Source: Patescibacteria group bacterium (GTDB lineage Bacteria; Patescibacteriota; Patescibacteriia; PEXW01). From it: a stretch of DNA of 64,000 bases. The stretch is taken from assembly GCA_041665345.1 (NCBI GenBank), contig JBAYJA010000001.1, positions 521,206-585,205 of the forward strand, in the 5' to 3' direction. This document shows, piece after piece, positions 1 through 9,886 of the stretch. Numbering within the stretch: the first letter of the stretch is position 1; the number at the start of each line of letters is the position of its first letter. The position numbers were made by a program, and so were the translations under genes. Under the pieces are notes generated by a model. That model was not told the origin of the DNA. It was given only the letters and a program-made list of their open reading frames with translations, and did no database searches.

Positions 1-326
1 CTGGGCACTTCCACGCATCAGTGAAAGCTGTGGAAGCGGTTGACGCAGCCCTTGGGAAATTATCAGCATTGGTGAAGAAGGTGAAAGGCACGTTAGTGAT
101 TACCGCAGACCACGGCAACATTGAAGAACTGAAGAATGTCCGCAGCGGTGAAGTGGATACCGAGCACTCCGCAAATCCAGTTCCTTTCATTGTTGTTGGG
201 TCACACCTGAAGAAAGTGCGTTTGCAGAAAACCGGTCGGTTGGCAGATATTGCGCCAACCATTCTCCACCTCATGAACACCCCGCAACCCGCGGCCATGA
301 CAGGCAAGAGCTTGCTCTGCTCCTAA
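1..326 (+). CDS. gpmI: 2,3-bisphosphoglycerate-independent phosphoglycerate mutase, C-terminal portion (5' end lies outside window)
   Basis: The frame is open from position 3 (GHFHASVKAVEAV...). The ITADHGN..E..HS..PVPF segment aligns with the C-terminus of the complete copy at 331-1932. Confidence 0.7.
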   Translation, partial: GHFHASVKAVEAVDAALGKLSALVKKVKGTLVITADHGNIEELKNVRSGEVDTEHSANPVPFIVVGSHLKKVRLQKTGRLADIAPTILHLMNTPQPAAMTGKSLLCS

Positions 327-330
327 CGGT

Positions 331-1932
331 ATGCCTGAAACCTTTACTCCAAAAAATCGACCCGTCGTGCTCATCATCCTTGATGGCTGGGGACTAGCTC
401 CGGTCTCGCGCAGCAATCCCTTTAGCATGGCAAAGCTCCCTGCGTACGAATCGTTGTGCACGCATTTTCCCACCATGGCCTTGCAAGCCTCAGGGGAGTC
501 AGTAGGTTTGCCCTGGGGGGAGATGGGGAACTCTGAGGTAGGGCACATCAACCTTGGTTCAGGCAAAATTGTCTACCAAAATTTACCACGGATTAACAAA
601 GCGATTGCCGATGGATCGTTTTTCACCACCGCGGCATTTCAGCAGGCAGTAGCAAATGTAAAGCAGCGAGATTCGCAACTGCACCTGATGGGTTTGGTGA
701 GTTCTGGTGGGGTGCATAGTTTCAATGAGCATTTGTATGCCCTGCTTGAATTTGCCAAACGTGAAGGGGTGGCCAAGGTTTTCGTCCATGCATTTTTGGA
801 TGGACGGGACACCCCACCCAAGAGTGCGGAAAACTTCATTGCGAAATTGCAGCAGCATATCCAAGAGACTGGCGTGGGGGCAATTGCGACGCTTGCGGGC
901 CGGTTCTGGGCCATGGACCGGGACAATCGTTGGGAGCGCATTAGCAAGGCGTACGACGCGCTGGTTCGTGGCAAAGCTGACGTGCAAGGGACGGATCCCT
1001 TAGTCATCATTCAGCAAAGTTACGCGAAGGGAGTGCTGGATGAAGAGTGCGTACCGTCCGTGATCACGGATGCCAGTGGAAAGCCTGTCGCGACCATTCA
1101 GGACGGGGATAGTGTCATCACCTTCAATTTTCGGCCAGACCGGATGCGACAAATAACCAAAGCTTTTACGTTGCCGGGTTTTGAAAAGTTTGACCGAGGG
1201 CCGTACATGCAGAATCTCACGTACGTGACCATGACGGAGTATGATAAAGATTTGCCAGTCACGGTAGCTTTTCCACCGGAGCAAGTTGCCTTTCCTGTAG
1301 CACGTGTCATTGCCGATGCGGGGTTGTCCCAGCTGCACATTGCGGAAACCGAGAAGTACGCGCACGTTACCTACTTCTTCAATGGGGGGCAAGAGCAGGC
1401 GTATCCAAGAGAAGAGCATGTTCTCATTCCCAGTCCACACGTGTCATCCTATGACCAAAAGCCAGCCATGGCTGCGCGGGAAATTACCGAGCGGTTGGAA
1501 AAGGAATTAGCCAAAGCCGCGTATGACTTCTACGTCGTCAATTTTGCCAATGCGGATATGGTCGCCCACACCGGGAACATGCAAGCAACCATTGAAGCCA
1601 TGGAAATTCTGGACGAATGTTTGCAGCGTGTGAGCGAAGCAGTACTTGCGGTGAATGGCGTCGCGTTCATTACTGCAGACCACGGTAACGCTGAAGAATT
1701 GTTGAATTTGCAAACTGGCTCGATTGATAAGGAGCATAGTACCAGCCCAGTGCCATTCATTGCGCTGAGTCAGGCTTGGAAAGACACCTCGCCCTATTTG
1801 CTCCCGGGCGGGACGCAGGTACTGACAAGCGTCCAACCGGTTGGTATACTCTCGGATGTTGCAGTGACGATACTCGAAACCCTTGGGTTGCCTGTGCCAG
1901 AAGAAATGACCGGGAGAAATTTGCTCAGTTAG
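331..1932 (+). CDS. gpmI: 2,3-bisphosphoglycerate-independent phosphoglycerate mutase (full length)
   Basis: 533 aa. N-terminal ILDGWG motif, central metalloenzyme core and C-terminal ADHGN..E motifs typical of iPGM. Confidence 0.9.
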   Translation: MPETFTPKNRPVVLIILDGWGLAPVSRSNPFSMAKLPAYESLCTHFPTMALQASGESVGLPWGEMGNSEVGHINLGSGKIVYQNLPRINKAIADGSFFTTAAFQQAVANVKQRDSQLHLMGLVSSGGVHSFNEHLYALLEFAKREGVAKVFVHAFLDGRDTPPKSAENFIAKLQQHIQETGVGAIATLAGRFWAMDRDNRWERISKAYDALVRGKADVQGTDPLVIIQQSYAKGVLDEECVPSVITDASGKPVATIQDGDSVITFNFRPDRMRQITKAFTLPGFEKFDRGPYMQNLTYVTMTEYDKDLPVTVAFPPEQVAFPVARVIADAGLSQLHIAETEKYAHVTYFFNGGQEQAYPREEHVLIPSPHVSSYDQKPAMAAREITERLEKELAKAAYDFYVVNFANADMVAHTGNMQATIEAMEILDECLQRVSEAVLAVNGVAFITADHGNAEELLNLQTGSIDKEHSTSPVPFIALSQAWKDTSPYLLPGGTQVLTSVQPVGILSDVAVTILETLGLPVPEEMTGRNLLS

Positions 1933-1945
1933 TAACCTCCTCGCC

Positions 1946-3844
1946 ATGATTCACTTCCTCACCCGCAAACTTGAAGGGATCCATCCAGCGCACCACTGGA
2001 CGTTTGGCATTGCCGGACTGGCGTCCATTGCCATTTTGGTCGTGCTCTTCATGGCAAGTCGGCCACCAGTACCATCGCTGACCGGTCTGCGCGAGAATGG
2101 CCTGTACCGCATTGATAGCCCACTGGAACTGGAGTTTGCCTGGCCTGTGGAGCGAAAGCTGGACGTAACGGTTTCACCTGCAGTGCAGCCGCAGATTTCC
2201 TACCACAATTTTCTCCAGCAACGGCATTTAGCCACGGATGCGGTGATAACTCCAGAGCATACCTGGCTACCAAACACCACGTACACGGTTGAAGTGAAAA
2301 ATGTCCGGCGGATGCTCTGGCCTTTTGGTGGACCAAAAACTTTCACTTTCACCTTTACTACACAAGCACTCCCAGCAGTCGCTGTGGTGCAGCCAGGATC
2401 GACGCAGGAAATTCCGGCTGATCAGCAGTGGGATGTGGTGCTGGACAGAGCAATTGATCGAGCGGCAACTTTTGAGGTGCAAACCGAGCCTGCGGGCGCA
2501 TTGACCGTCACCGCGCAAGCAGATCAACGTACCTTACACGTTCAACCGCAGCAACTGTTGACGCAGGGGCAACCGGTAACCTTGGTGGTGTCGCGAACGC
2601 CGCAGCAGTTCATTTTTGATTCTGACGTTGTGGCCAGCCAAGGCGAGCCTGAGGAAATCCATCGGTCGACGTATACCGTGCGTCAGCCACCTGGCCTTTC
2701 CGCCGTGCAACCACAAGGAGCTGGAGTAGCGCTCGCCTCGCCCGTACGGTTAACCTTTTCTGAGCCAGTTGCAGTTGCGGATGTTGAAAAAAATGTAGCA
2801 ATTGCGCCAAAGGTAACAGGGAACTGGTCGCAAGTTGATGCACAGACCGTGCAGTTTGCCCCAAGTGATCTTGTACAAGCAACAACGTACACCGTCAGTG
2901 TGCCCAAAGGTTTGAAAACCACCACAGGAGGATTTATTCCAGCCGAAGTCGTATCACAGTTCCGCACTATTGAACCAGTTGCAGTGACAGGGGTGAGTCC
3001 AGCACATGGGAGCGGTGGCGTCCGCGTCGGATCCAAGCTGCGCTACACCTTCAATCAAGTAGTGGACCATGCCAGTGCCGAAGCGCATTTCCGCATTACG
3101 CCAAAGGTGGAGGGGACTATGAGCTGGGCAGGGAATGTCTTATCATTTACACCCAAGACTGCATTGACGTTGGGTACAGCGTACAGCGTCACCTTGGGTT
3201 CTGGAATAACCAGCCCAGCGGGTTTGCCGTCAACGCAGGATGCAACGTACACCTTTTCCACCGAATTAGCCGTCACCCGCATTGCCGTGCCCTTCCACCG
3301 TCAGGAACGGAGTCTGAGTTGTGAAGCTGCTACTGCGGTTATGGCCCTGCGCTACTACAAGGTGTCTATTACCGAGAAAGCCATTATTGACGCGGTGGGT
3401 TTTGACCGAACGAAGAAACAGGGGAATGTTTGGGGAAACCCGCATGTAGCTTTTGTGGGAGACATTAATGGCCGGCAACCCAGCACTGGGTACGGTGTGT
3501 ACTGGCAACCTATTGCAAAAGCTATTAGTGCGTACCGGCCAGCACGGTGGTTTACGGGTTGGTCCCTGCGGCAACTGCTTACTGAAGTGGAAGCCGGGCA
3601 TCCAGTGATTGTCTGGGGTACAGCTGGGTCTGGGAAGCGGATTGACTGGAAAACCCCAAGCGGCGGGAACGTGGTGGCCGTGATGGGGGAGCACGTCTTC
3701 GTGGTCATGGGCTACATAGGCTCCATTGATAACCCTCAGGTCATCATCACCCAAGATCCGCTCTCTGGTGAGCACCGGTTTACCAAGGCGTCGTTCCTGT
3801 GGAATTGGGGCGTGTTGGGGAACAGCGGGGTCGTGGTAGAGTGA
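1946..3844 (+). CDS. Membrane-anchored protein with Ig-like repeats and C-terminal C39-like cysteine peptidase domain
   Basis: N-terminal TM helix and repetitive beta-rich middle. The C-terminal segment (SCEAATAVMALRYY...GHPVIVWG...GEHVFVVMGY) resembles the peptidase_C39-like (YvpB-type) fold. Confidence 0.5.
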   Translation: MIHFLTRKLEGIHPAHHWTFGIAGLASIAILVVLFMASRPPVPSLTGLRENGLYRIDSPLELEFAWPVERKLDVTVSPAVQPQISYHNFLQQRHLATDAVITPEHTWLPNTTYTVEVKNVRRMLWPFGGPKTFTFTFTTQALPAVAVVQPGSTQEIPADQQWDVVLDRAIDRAATFEVQTEPAGALTVTAQADQRTLHVQPQQLLTQGQPVTLVVSRTPQQFIFDSDVVASQGEPEEIHRSTYTVRQPPGLSAVQPQGAGVALASPVRLTFSEPVAVADVEKNVAIAPKVTGNWSQVDAQTVQFAPSDLVQATTYTVSVPKGLKTTTGGFIPAEVVSQFRTIEPVAVTGVSPAHGSGGVRVGSKLRYTFNQVVDHASAEAHFRITPKVEGTMSWAGNVLSFTPKTALTLGTAYSVTLGSGITSPAGLPSTQDATYTFSTELAVTRIAVPFHRQERSLSCEAATAVMALRYYKVSITEKAIIDAVGFDRTKKQGNVWGNPHVAFVGDINGRQPSTGYGVYWQPIAKAISAYRPARWFTGWSLRQLLTEVEAGHPVIVWGTAGSGKRIDWKTPSGGNVVAVMGEHVFVVMGYIGSIDNPQVIITQDPLSGEHRFTKASFLWNWGVLGNSGVVVE

Positions 3845-3915
3845 AAAAATTGCATAGACGAACTGTATTTATGGCGGTATAGTTTCTGTACCGAAGGATA
3901 TAATTTATACACGAT

Positions 3916-4965
3916 ATGCCAGAATCATCTGAACACTTTCCATACATCCAAGAGGGTCAAGAAGCACGGGAACGTGAGCCCGTTTCGGTTGTTAATGCAT
4001 TTCAGGAACGCGGATTACCATCAAGAGAAGATCAACGCGTTGTAGAGATTACAGGTGAACAATCTGTGGTTGAGCATTTGGAACCGTTGCAAGCGCAGAA
4101 TGCGCCCAATGTACTGTACGGGGTACCCCATGGCGGCGAGCTTGTCCCCAAAGAGCTGCACGACCGAATGACCGAAGAGGGGCGAGAGACATCAGTCATG
4201 ATTGATCTGAATACGCCAGATATTTTTCGAAGTGAAAGAATTCCTTCGGTTGAAACAAAAATTTCACGGTACATTGTTGATCCAAATCGAGCACCAGATT
4301 TTCGTCCAGAGGAAGCTTTTGAACCCGGAAAGGCGCCTGGAAAAATACTTTGGAAAACCGGGGCAAATATGGGTCCAATGTATGAACGTGAGCCGTCCGC
4401 TGATGAAATTCAAGAGTATGCGAAAAAGTTTTACCTACCCTACTATAATCGAATGATGGGAACGGTAGGGACAATGCTTGATCGACGTGCTTCACCCTCT
4501 GAGCGTGTATTGATTCTCGATGGTCATTCATTTCCAGTTGTTGAAGATTTACGAAAGTACTACCAGCATTATGGTATAGACCAACCTGAACTCCTCCCCA
4601 TGTTCATTTTGGGAGACCGTGATGGTGAAGGTTGCGACCCAGACATCATGCAGCGTTTTCGGGTAGGACTTGAACGTGGATTCCAAGAACTCTCCGAGCA
4701 AGATCAGGCGTTACTTCAAACAAGCATGAAAGGCCCATTGGTTAGTCAAAATGAGTTCTTAAAAGGAGTGCATAATATTTCATTTTGGGGTGCGCGTGAG
4801 CAAGGGGCAAACGCAATACAAATTGAAATGAATGAGAGTGCTTATGTTGACAGGCAGGGAAGTAGTTGGGAAAAATTCACTTACAATCCGCAAAAAATCA
4901 CTTTGATGCAGAGAATTATTGAACGTGCATCACTTGAAGTAAATGAGCTCTTGAAGCGGAAGTAA
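3916..4965 (+). CDS. N-formylglutamate amidohydrolase (FGase)-like hydrolase
   Basis: Ordered VPHGGE, VDPNR, DGHSFP and IQIEMNE motifs resemble the FGase family. Lower GC than flanking core genes. Confidence 0.4.
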   Translation: MPESSEHFPYIQEGQEAREREPVSVVNAFQERGLPSREDQRVVEITGEQSVVEHLEPLQAQNAPNVLYGVPHGGELVPKELHDRMTEEGRETSVMIDLNTPDIFRSERIPSVETKISRYIVDPNRAPDFRPEEAFEPGKAPGKILWKTGANMGPMYEREPSADEIQEYAKKFYLPYYNRMMGTVGTMLDRRASPSERVLILDGHSFPVVEDLRKYYQHYGIDQPELLPMFILGDRDGEGCDPDIMQRFRVGLERGFQELSEQDQALLQTSMKGPLVSQNEFLKGVHNISFWGAREQGANAIQIEMNESAYVDRQGSSWEKFTYNPQKITLMQRIIERASLEVNELLKRK

Positions 4966-4978
4966 TTCAACACTTACT

Positions 4979-5833
4979 ATGTCCGAAACTTTTTTCCAAG
5001 AGTTTGACCAGAAGATCACCGCATTTGCCAGCAAGGGGAAAATTCGGCTTGGCATGGGTTTGGCTTCACCAGATGATGCAATTCTGAACAGCTTAAAGCA
5101 AGTTGAACAGTATGCCCAAATAACTTTGGTTGGACCTGCGTCCATTCAAGGTTTGAAAGATTTCCCAGTGATTGTTGACCCCGAACCAGAAGTCCGCTTA
5201 GCAACACTCCTAGCAAAAGGAGAGTTTGATGCTATTATCCGCGGGACAGTTGATGACTTTAAAACGTACGAAAAATACACCGAGTTGACAGGGGAAAAGT
5301 ACACTTTTGCACCTGCACTTTTGGCGTCACCGAATGGTTTTCATTTTTTCCTCACCTCTGCAAGCAACCCGGAGAATTGGCAAAAAGAAGATCGGCTGCT
5401 GTCGTCATCACAAATTGCTGGTTTTCTTCAATCTTGGGATGTAACTCCGAACCTCGCTGTTTTTTCTGGGGAGCGACATGAAACTTACCCTCGGAAAAAG
5501 CATATTCGTGAAGGGGTGGTTGGAATACTCAATCAAACGTATGAAGATGCTGAGTGGATTGTGAAGGAACTGCAGGCGCAGGGGTTCCAAGCAAAGCACT
5601 GGGCAATAGATTTGAACCCAGCAATTGAAGCGGGCGCAAATATAATTTGTCCGGTCAATGGTATGGTTGGCAACCAAGTATTCCGGGTCCTCCTTTTCTG
5701 TGGTGGGAAAATTCTCTTTGGAACGCGCTTAGGTTTATCAAAACTGTACGAAGATAACAGCAGAACCGAAAAGGATTTTTCCTACCATGTGAAGTGGTTA
5801 GCGGCATTGGTGAATAAGCAAGCATATGCATGA
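4979..5833 (+). CDS. Hypothetical protein (weak phosphate acyltransferase-like N-terminus)
   Basis: 284 aa ORF. GKIRLGMGLASPDD...ITLVGP is reminiscent of PTA/PTB N-termini but weak. Overlaps the next gene by 8 nt (ATGCATGA). Confidence 0.3.
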   Translation: MSETFFQEFDQKITAFASKGKIRLGMGLASPDDAILNSLKQVEQYAQITLVGPASIQGLKDFPVIVDPEPEVRLATLLAKGEFDAIIRGTVDDFKTYEKYTELTGEKYTFAPALLASPNGFHFFLTSASNPENWQKEDRLLSSSQIAGFLQSWDVTPNLAVFSGERHETYPRKKHIREGVVGILNQTYEDAEWIVKELQAQGFQAKHWAIDLNPAIEAGANIICPVNGMVGNQVFRVLLFCGGKILFGTRLGLSKLYEDNSRTEKDFSYHVKWLAALVNKQAYA

Positions 5834-7262
5834 ACGTTTTGCTGATCGTTTTCTACATGCAGGTCAAAATCAGCTTCTCACAAAGCAGGAAGGGAACCTC
5901 TCGCTTCTCAATTTTGCCTGTTTGTTAAAAGGGTGTTCCCCAGCCTATACCCGACGATACTACGGAAAAATGGATTTTGGATCCCTTGCTTTTTTTAGCC
6001 AAAAGAAGCATGGTATTTCTTTTTTCTCATTACAAAAGTATCAAGAAACCACTCGTCGTACGTTCAGTGCATATCATCAACGAAATACGAAAAAAAGCCC
6101 AAATGTACAGGATTTTCAGAAGTTGTGGAGGGTGGTTGATGGTTTATATAGCAAGTTCAATGAACAGCGTATTCGTCAATTAGATGAACAAGCTTTACAG
6201 AAGTGCATTTCCGAAATTTTAGACAAGATTGCCCGTCTTTTGGCGATGACCGTGTATACCGAGTCATTGGATATTCCGCAAATACAAACTTACTTTCGCG
6301 AAAGTGGTGGAAGAGCGAGTATAGAAAATTCTTTCTTGCAAAAAGTTGTGGTACCAACCTTCGCATCATTTTCTCAGCATGCTCACAAGTTACTCCTTAA
6401 AAAATATTCGAATCATGATGCGCAATTTCTCTTCAGTGATTACTTTTCCAGCCCAACCGAGATACAAGCACAAACCCGAGCACATAGTTTCATTCGTCAA
6501 AAAGGTGGTGTACAGGCAATGCGCCAAACACTACGGCAAATGCAAAAAATGACAAAAAAATCAGAGCAGGTTATACGTCATTTTTGGAAGAAGTTACTAC
6601 CGCAGGAGCGTAAAGTTTTCGCTTTTGTCCAAGCGAGTATTGCTTTACGGGATCTCCGAAAAATCCCGTTTAATAAACTGTTGGTGCTTTTAAACACTGC
6701 AACTCGGGAGGTGCTGCAACGAAATAAAATCCCAGCGCAACTATCCCCGTATGTTTTTTATGCTGAGCTTGAGGAAGGGGTGGTTCGTCAACCTTCCTAT
6801 CTAAAAGTTTTACGTAGCCGGGAACGAAGAGGTGTGAACGCCTACTTTTTTCCAAATGCTGTCCATATCCGATCCGGCGCCTATAACCAAGAATTGAAGC
6901 AATTACTACGAGCCGTTGGGTCGAAGGCTCGGTCTACTCAACTGCAAGGGACAACTGCATTCATAGGCGTCGTGGAAGGGAAAGTGCAACGAATTCTGAG
7001 TGAAAAAGATTTTCACCGCTTCCGGAAAGGGAATATATTAGTTACCAGTATGACACGGCCTGAATTTGTCCCCCTACTTAAAAAGTCAATCGCCATCATC
7101 ACTGACGAAGGTGGGGTGACTTGCCATGCCGCAATTATTTCTCGTGAATTACAAATTCCTTGTATTGTGGGAACGCAAATTGCTACAAGGGTGTTGAAAG
7201 ATGGCATGCAGGTGCGAGTGGATGCTAAACATGGTGTTGTGCAGGTGTTGAAAAACAAGTAA
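5826..7262 (+). CDS. PEP-utilizing enzyme mobile (phospho-histidine swivel) domain protein
   Basis: C-terminal ILVTSMTRPEFVPLLKKSIAIITDEGGVTCHAAIISRELQIPCIVG is a classic PEP-utilizers His domain. The large N-terminal region has no recognisable family. AT-rich coding. Confidence 0.6.
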   Translation: MHERFADRFLHAGQNQLLTKQEGNLSLLNFACLLKGCSPAYTRRYYGKMDFGSLAFFSQKKHGISFFSLQKYQETTRRTFSAYHQRNTKKSPNVQDFQKLWRVVDGLYSKFNEQRIRQLDEQALQKCISEILDKIARLLAMTVYTESLDIPQIQTYFRESGGRASIENSFLQKVVVPTFASFSQHAHKLLLKKYSNHDAQFLFSDYFSSPTEIQAQTRAHSFIRQKGGVQAMRQTLRQMQKMTKKSEQVIRHFWKKLLPQERKVFAFVQASIALRDLRKIPFNKLLVLLNTATREVLQRNKIPAQLSPYVFYAELEEGVVRQPSYLKVLRSRERRGVNAYFFPNAVHIRSGAYNQELKQLLRAVGSKARSTQLQGTTAFIGVVEGKVQRILSEKDFHRFRKGNILVTSMTRPEFVPLLKKSIAIITDEGGVTCHAAIISRELQIPCIVGTQIATRVLKDGMQVRVDAKHGVVQVLKNK

Positions 7263-7265
7263 TAC

Positions 7266-8210
7266 ATGAATACAATGTATACAAAAGAATTTGCGAAAAT
7301 TAGGAAATCAGATTCTTTCATGGCTGGGGGTAAAGGCGCATCATTAGGAAAAATGACACAAGCGCGGATACCTGTTCCCCCAGGCTTTGTTATTCTTGCC
7401 ACGGCATTTGACAAGTTTATTCTTGAAGGGAGTATTGCAACTATCATTGGATCAACGTTGCGAAAGGTAGATTCCCGACAAACCAAGTCTGTCGTTGTCG
7501 CTTCTAAAGAAATCCGACAGGTCATACGTCGAACCAAAATTCCCAGTGAAATACAGAAAGCCATTCAGCAGCAAGTTTCAAAATTAGGAGCACATTTTTT
7601 AGCAGTACGCTCTTCCGCAACGGCTGAAGATGGGGTTGATGCTTCTTGGGCAGGGGAACTGGAAAGTTACCTTAACGTGACTCCGCAGAATGTTATGGCA
7701 GCAGTTCGGAACTGCTGGTCTTCGCTGTTTACCCCTCGAGCAATTTTTTATCGATTTGAAAAGAAATTCCAGAAGAGAAAAGTATCTGTAGCGGTGGTAG
7801 TGCAAACGATGATTCAATCCGAAGTATCTGGTGTAGCTTTTACCGTACATCCGGTAACCAAAAATCGAAATCATGTGGTCATTGAAGCAGGCTATGGATT
7901 GGGTGAAGCAATTGTGGGTGGAAAAATTACTCCGGATATGTTCGTGGTGCATAAAAAAAGTGGGAACATCATCGAACGTCGCATTAGCGAGCAGCACATG
8001 CAGATTGTCCGTTCAGGAACCGGTACAAAGGAGACAAAAGTACCACGTCAAAAAATTGGTTTGCAAAAACTTTCTGATGCAGTCGTGTTACGTCTAGCAA
8101 AACTTTGTCTGACCATTGAGCAGCATTACAAAAAGCCCCAAGATATTGAGTGGGCTTTTGCAAAAGGAAAACTATGTATAGTGCAAAGCAGGCCAATTAC
8201 TACTTTATGA
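7266..8210 (+). CDS. PEP synthase/pyruvate phosphate dikinase N-terminal ATP-grasp (nucleotide-binding) domain protein
   Basis: GGKGASLGKM...IPVPPGFVI and later ATP-grasp motifs match PPDK_N. Starts 4 nt after the preceding His-domain gene. Confidence 0.65.
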   Translation: MNTMYTKEFAKIRKSDSFMAGGKGASLGKMTQARIPVPPGFVILATAFDKFILEGSIATIIGSTLRKVDSRQTKSVVVASKEIRQVIRRTKIPSEIQKAIQQQVSKLGAHFLAVRSSATAEDGVDASWAGELESYLNVTPQNVMAAVRNCWSSLFTPRAIFYRFEKKFQKRKVSVAVVVQTMIQSEVSGVAFTVHPVTKNRNHVVIEAGYGLGEAIVGGKITPDMFVVHKKSGNIIERRISEQHMQIVRSGTGTKETKVPRQKIGLQKLSDAVVLRLAKLCLTIEQHYKKPQDIEWAFAKGKLCIVQSRPITTL

Positions 8211-8245
8211 TAGAATAAAAGTATCGCAAATAACCAGATTATTGT

Positions 8246-8488
8246 ATGCCCGAAACCCAAGAAGAATTTAAAATCACCAGCGAAAAGCTGGTGGAAAAAG
8301 TGAAGGAACTTATCCACGAAGGGAACATTCGGCGGATCATCATTAAGAACGAGAAAGGGGAGTCAGTCCTGGAAATTCCTGTCACCCTGGGTGCGGTTGG
8401 CTTCTTGCTTGCCCCCTACTTGGCTGCCATTGGCGCTTTAGCGGCGGTGCTGACCAATTGTTCTGTGGTTGTGGTGAAGAAAGCATAA
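8246..8488 (+). CDS. Small membrane-associated protein (DUF4342-like)
   Basis: 80 aa with a hydrophobic C-terminal half (LGAVGFLLAPYLAAIGALAAVL). Confidence 0.4.
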   Translation: MPETQEEFKITSEKLVEKVKELIHEGNIRRIIIKNEKGESVLEIPVTLGAVGFLLAPYLAAIGALAAVLTNCSVVVVKKA

Positions 8489-8516
8489 GCTCAACCTGGT
8501 GCGAAAGACAACAGTC

Positions 8517-8545
8517 TTGACTTTTTACGTAGGAGTTTAATACTA
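8517..8545 (+). promoter_or_regulatory. Candidate sigma70-type promoter for ABC transporter operon
   Basis: TTGACT, a 17-nt spacer, then ATACTA about 40 nt upstream of the 8588 start. Confidence 0.3.
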
Positions 8546-8587
8546 TTCTACAGCCTCTCACTATAGGTAATTACTTTTTTCTCACAT

Positions 8588-9877
8588 ATGATGGAAATTT
8601 TTCGAAACATGTTTCGGCGGAAAATGCGAACTGTGCTGACCATCGTTGGTATCACCGTGGGCATTTTTGCGTTTACGGTTATGGGTTCCATGGCACTCCG
8701 TTTCAACAAAATGATTGCCGGGGGGAAGAGCTTCATTACCGGGCAGATTACGCTCATGCCCAAAGGGACGTCATTCACCTCCATGGGCGGTGCCGCGTTT
8801 TTGCCGGTTGATACCCTGCAGCAAATCAGCAAGGTGGAAGGTGTGCAGGCAGTTGCGGCTGGCGTGGAATTAGCTTTGAAGGAACCAGACCCAGATAATC
8901 CAACCGGGGAGTTTAGTTTTGGTCCGCCGCCGACCATTGAAGGTATGGATCTCAACTCTACCTATGAAAATCGGAACTGGAAGACCATGGATATGAAAGC
9001 TGGGCGAATGCTGGCGAAAGGGGACAAGGATAACCAGGTCACTGTCGGCTACACCATTGCTATTGATAAAGGATTGAAGGTTGGTGATGAAACGGAAATT
9101 CGTGGTCGGAAGTTTGAAGTGATTGGGATTATTGATCAAACCCTCACGGGGCCTGACCAGTACGTATTCATGTCCCTCAAGTCTGCACGTGAGCTGCTTG
9201 TGGAATCCAACCCTTTCCTTAAGTCTTTGAAAGAACGCTCAGACGAAGCAGCGAAAATCTCTGATGCAGATTTGGCAAAGTTGCCTGAAGCAACCCGGAA
9301 GCAGGTTTTGGATGCACGCGCGTTCAAGCTAGAAGACGTGACGCAAATGGGTGCTGTTTCCTGGCAGGATGGTCAAGACCCAGATGTGGTGGCGAATCGG
9401 ATCAAGGATCAATTCAAAGATGAAGTCATTGTCCTCTCGCCCATCAAACTTGGGGAGACCATTGATAAAGCCTCAGCGATTTTCAACGCAATTATTCTTG
9501 GGAGCGCGGTCATTGCGTTGATTGTGGGTGGCTTCTCCATTATCAACACCATGGTCATGTCCATTTCTGAGCGGAAGCGGGAAATTGGGATTAAGAAAGC
9601 CATTGGTGCCTCCAACCGTTCCATTGCGTGGGACTACACTTTGGAAGCTGGTGCCATTGGGATTTTGGGTGGGCTCATTGGCATGGGCTTTGGCCTGCTG
9701 GCAATTTTCTTCATCAACGGGCAAACGGCGAAGAGTGGAGCTGAGATCTTCCTGGTTACTCCTGGCTTCATGGTTGGGGTGGTGGTTTTCTCCCTGGTCT
9801 TGGGTTTGGTCGCAGGTCTCTTGCCGGCCGTCCGTGCATCCAAGATGAATGCGGTTGATGCAATTCGTGAACTGTAA
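8588..9877 (+). CDS. ABC transporter permease, FtsX/MacB-like
   Basis: N-terminal TM helix, large periplasmic domain and a C-terminal FtsX-type 3-TM bundle. Confidence 0.8.
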   Translation: MMEIFRNMFRRKMRTVLTIVGITVGIFAFTVMGSMALRFNKMIAGGKSFITGQITLMPKGTSFTSMGGAAFLPVDTLQQISKVEGVQAVAAGVELALKEPDPDNPTGEFSFGPPPTIEGMDLNSTYENRNWKTMDMKAGRMLAKGDKDNQVTVGYTIAIDKGLKVGDETEIRGRKFEVIGIIDQTLTGPDQYVFMSLKSARELLVESNPFLKSLKERSDEAAKISDADLAKLPEATRKQVLDARAFKLEDVTQMGAVSWQDGQDPDVVANRIKDQFKDEVIVLSPIKLGETIDKASAIFNAIILGSAVIALIVGGFSIINTMVMSISERKREIGIKKAIGASNRSIAWDYTLEAGAIGILGGLIGMGFGLLAIFFINGQTAKSGAEIFLVTPGFMVGVVVFSLVLGLVAGLLPAVRASKMNAVDAIREL

Positions 9878-9886
9878 TTTACCTTT

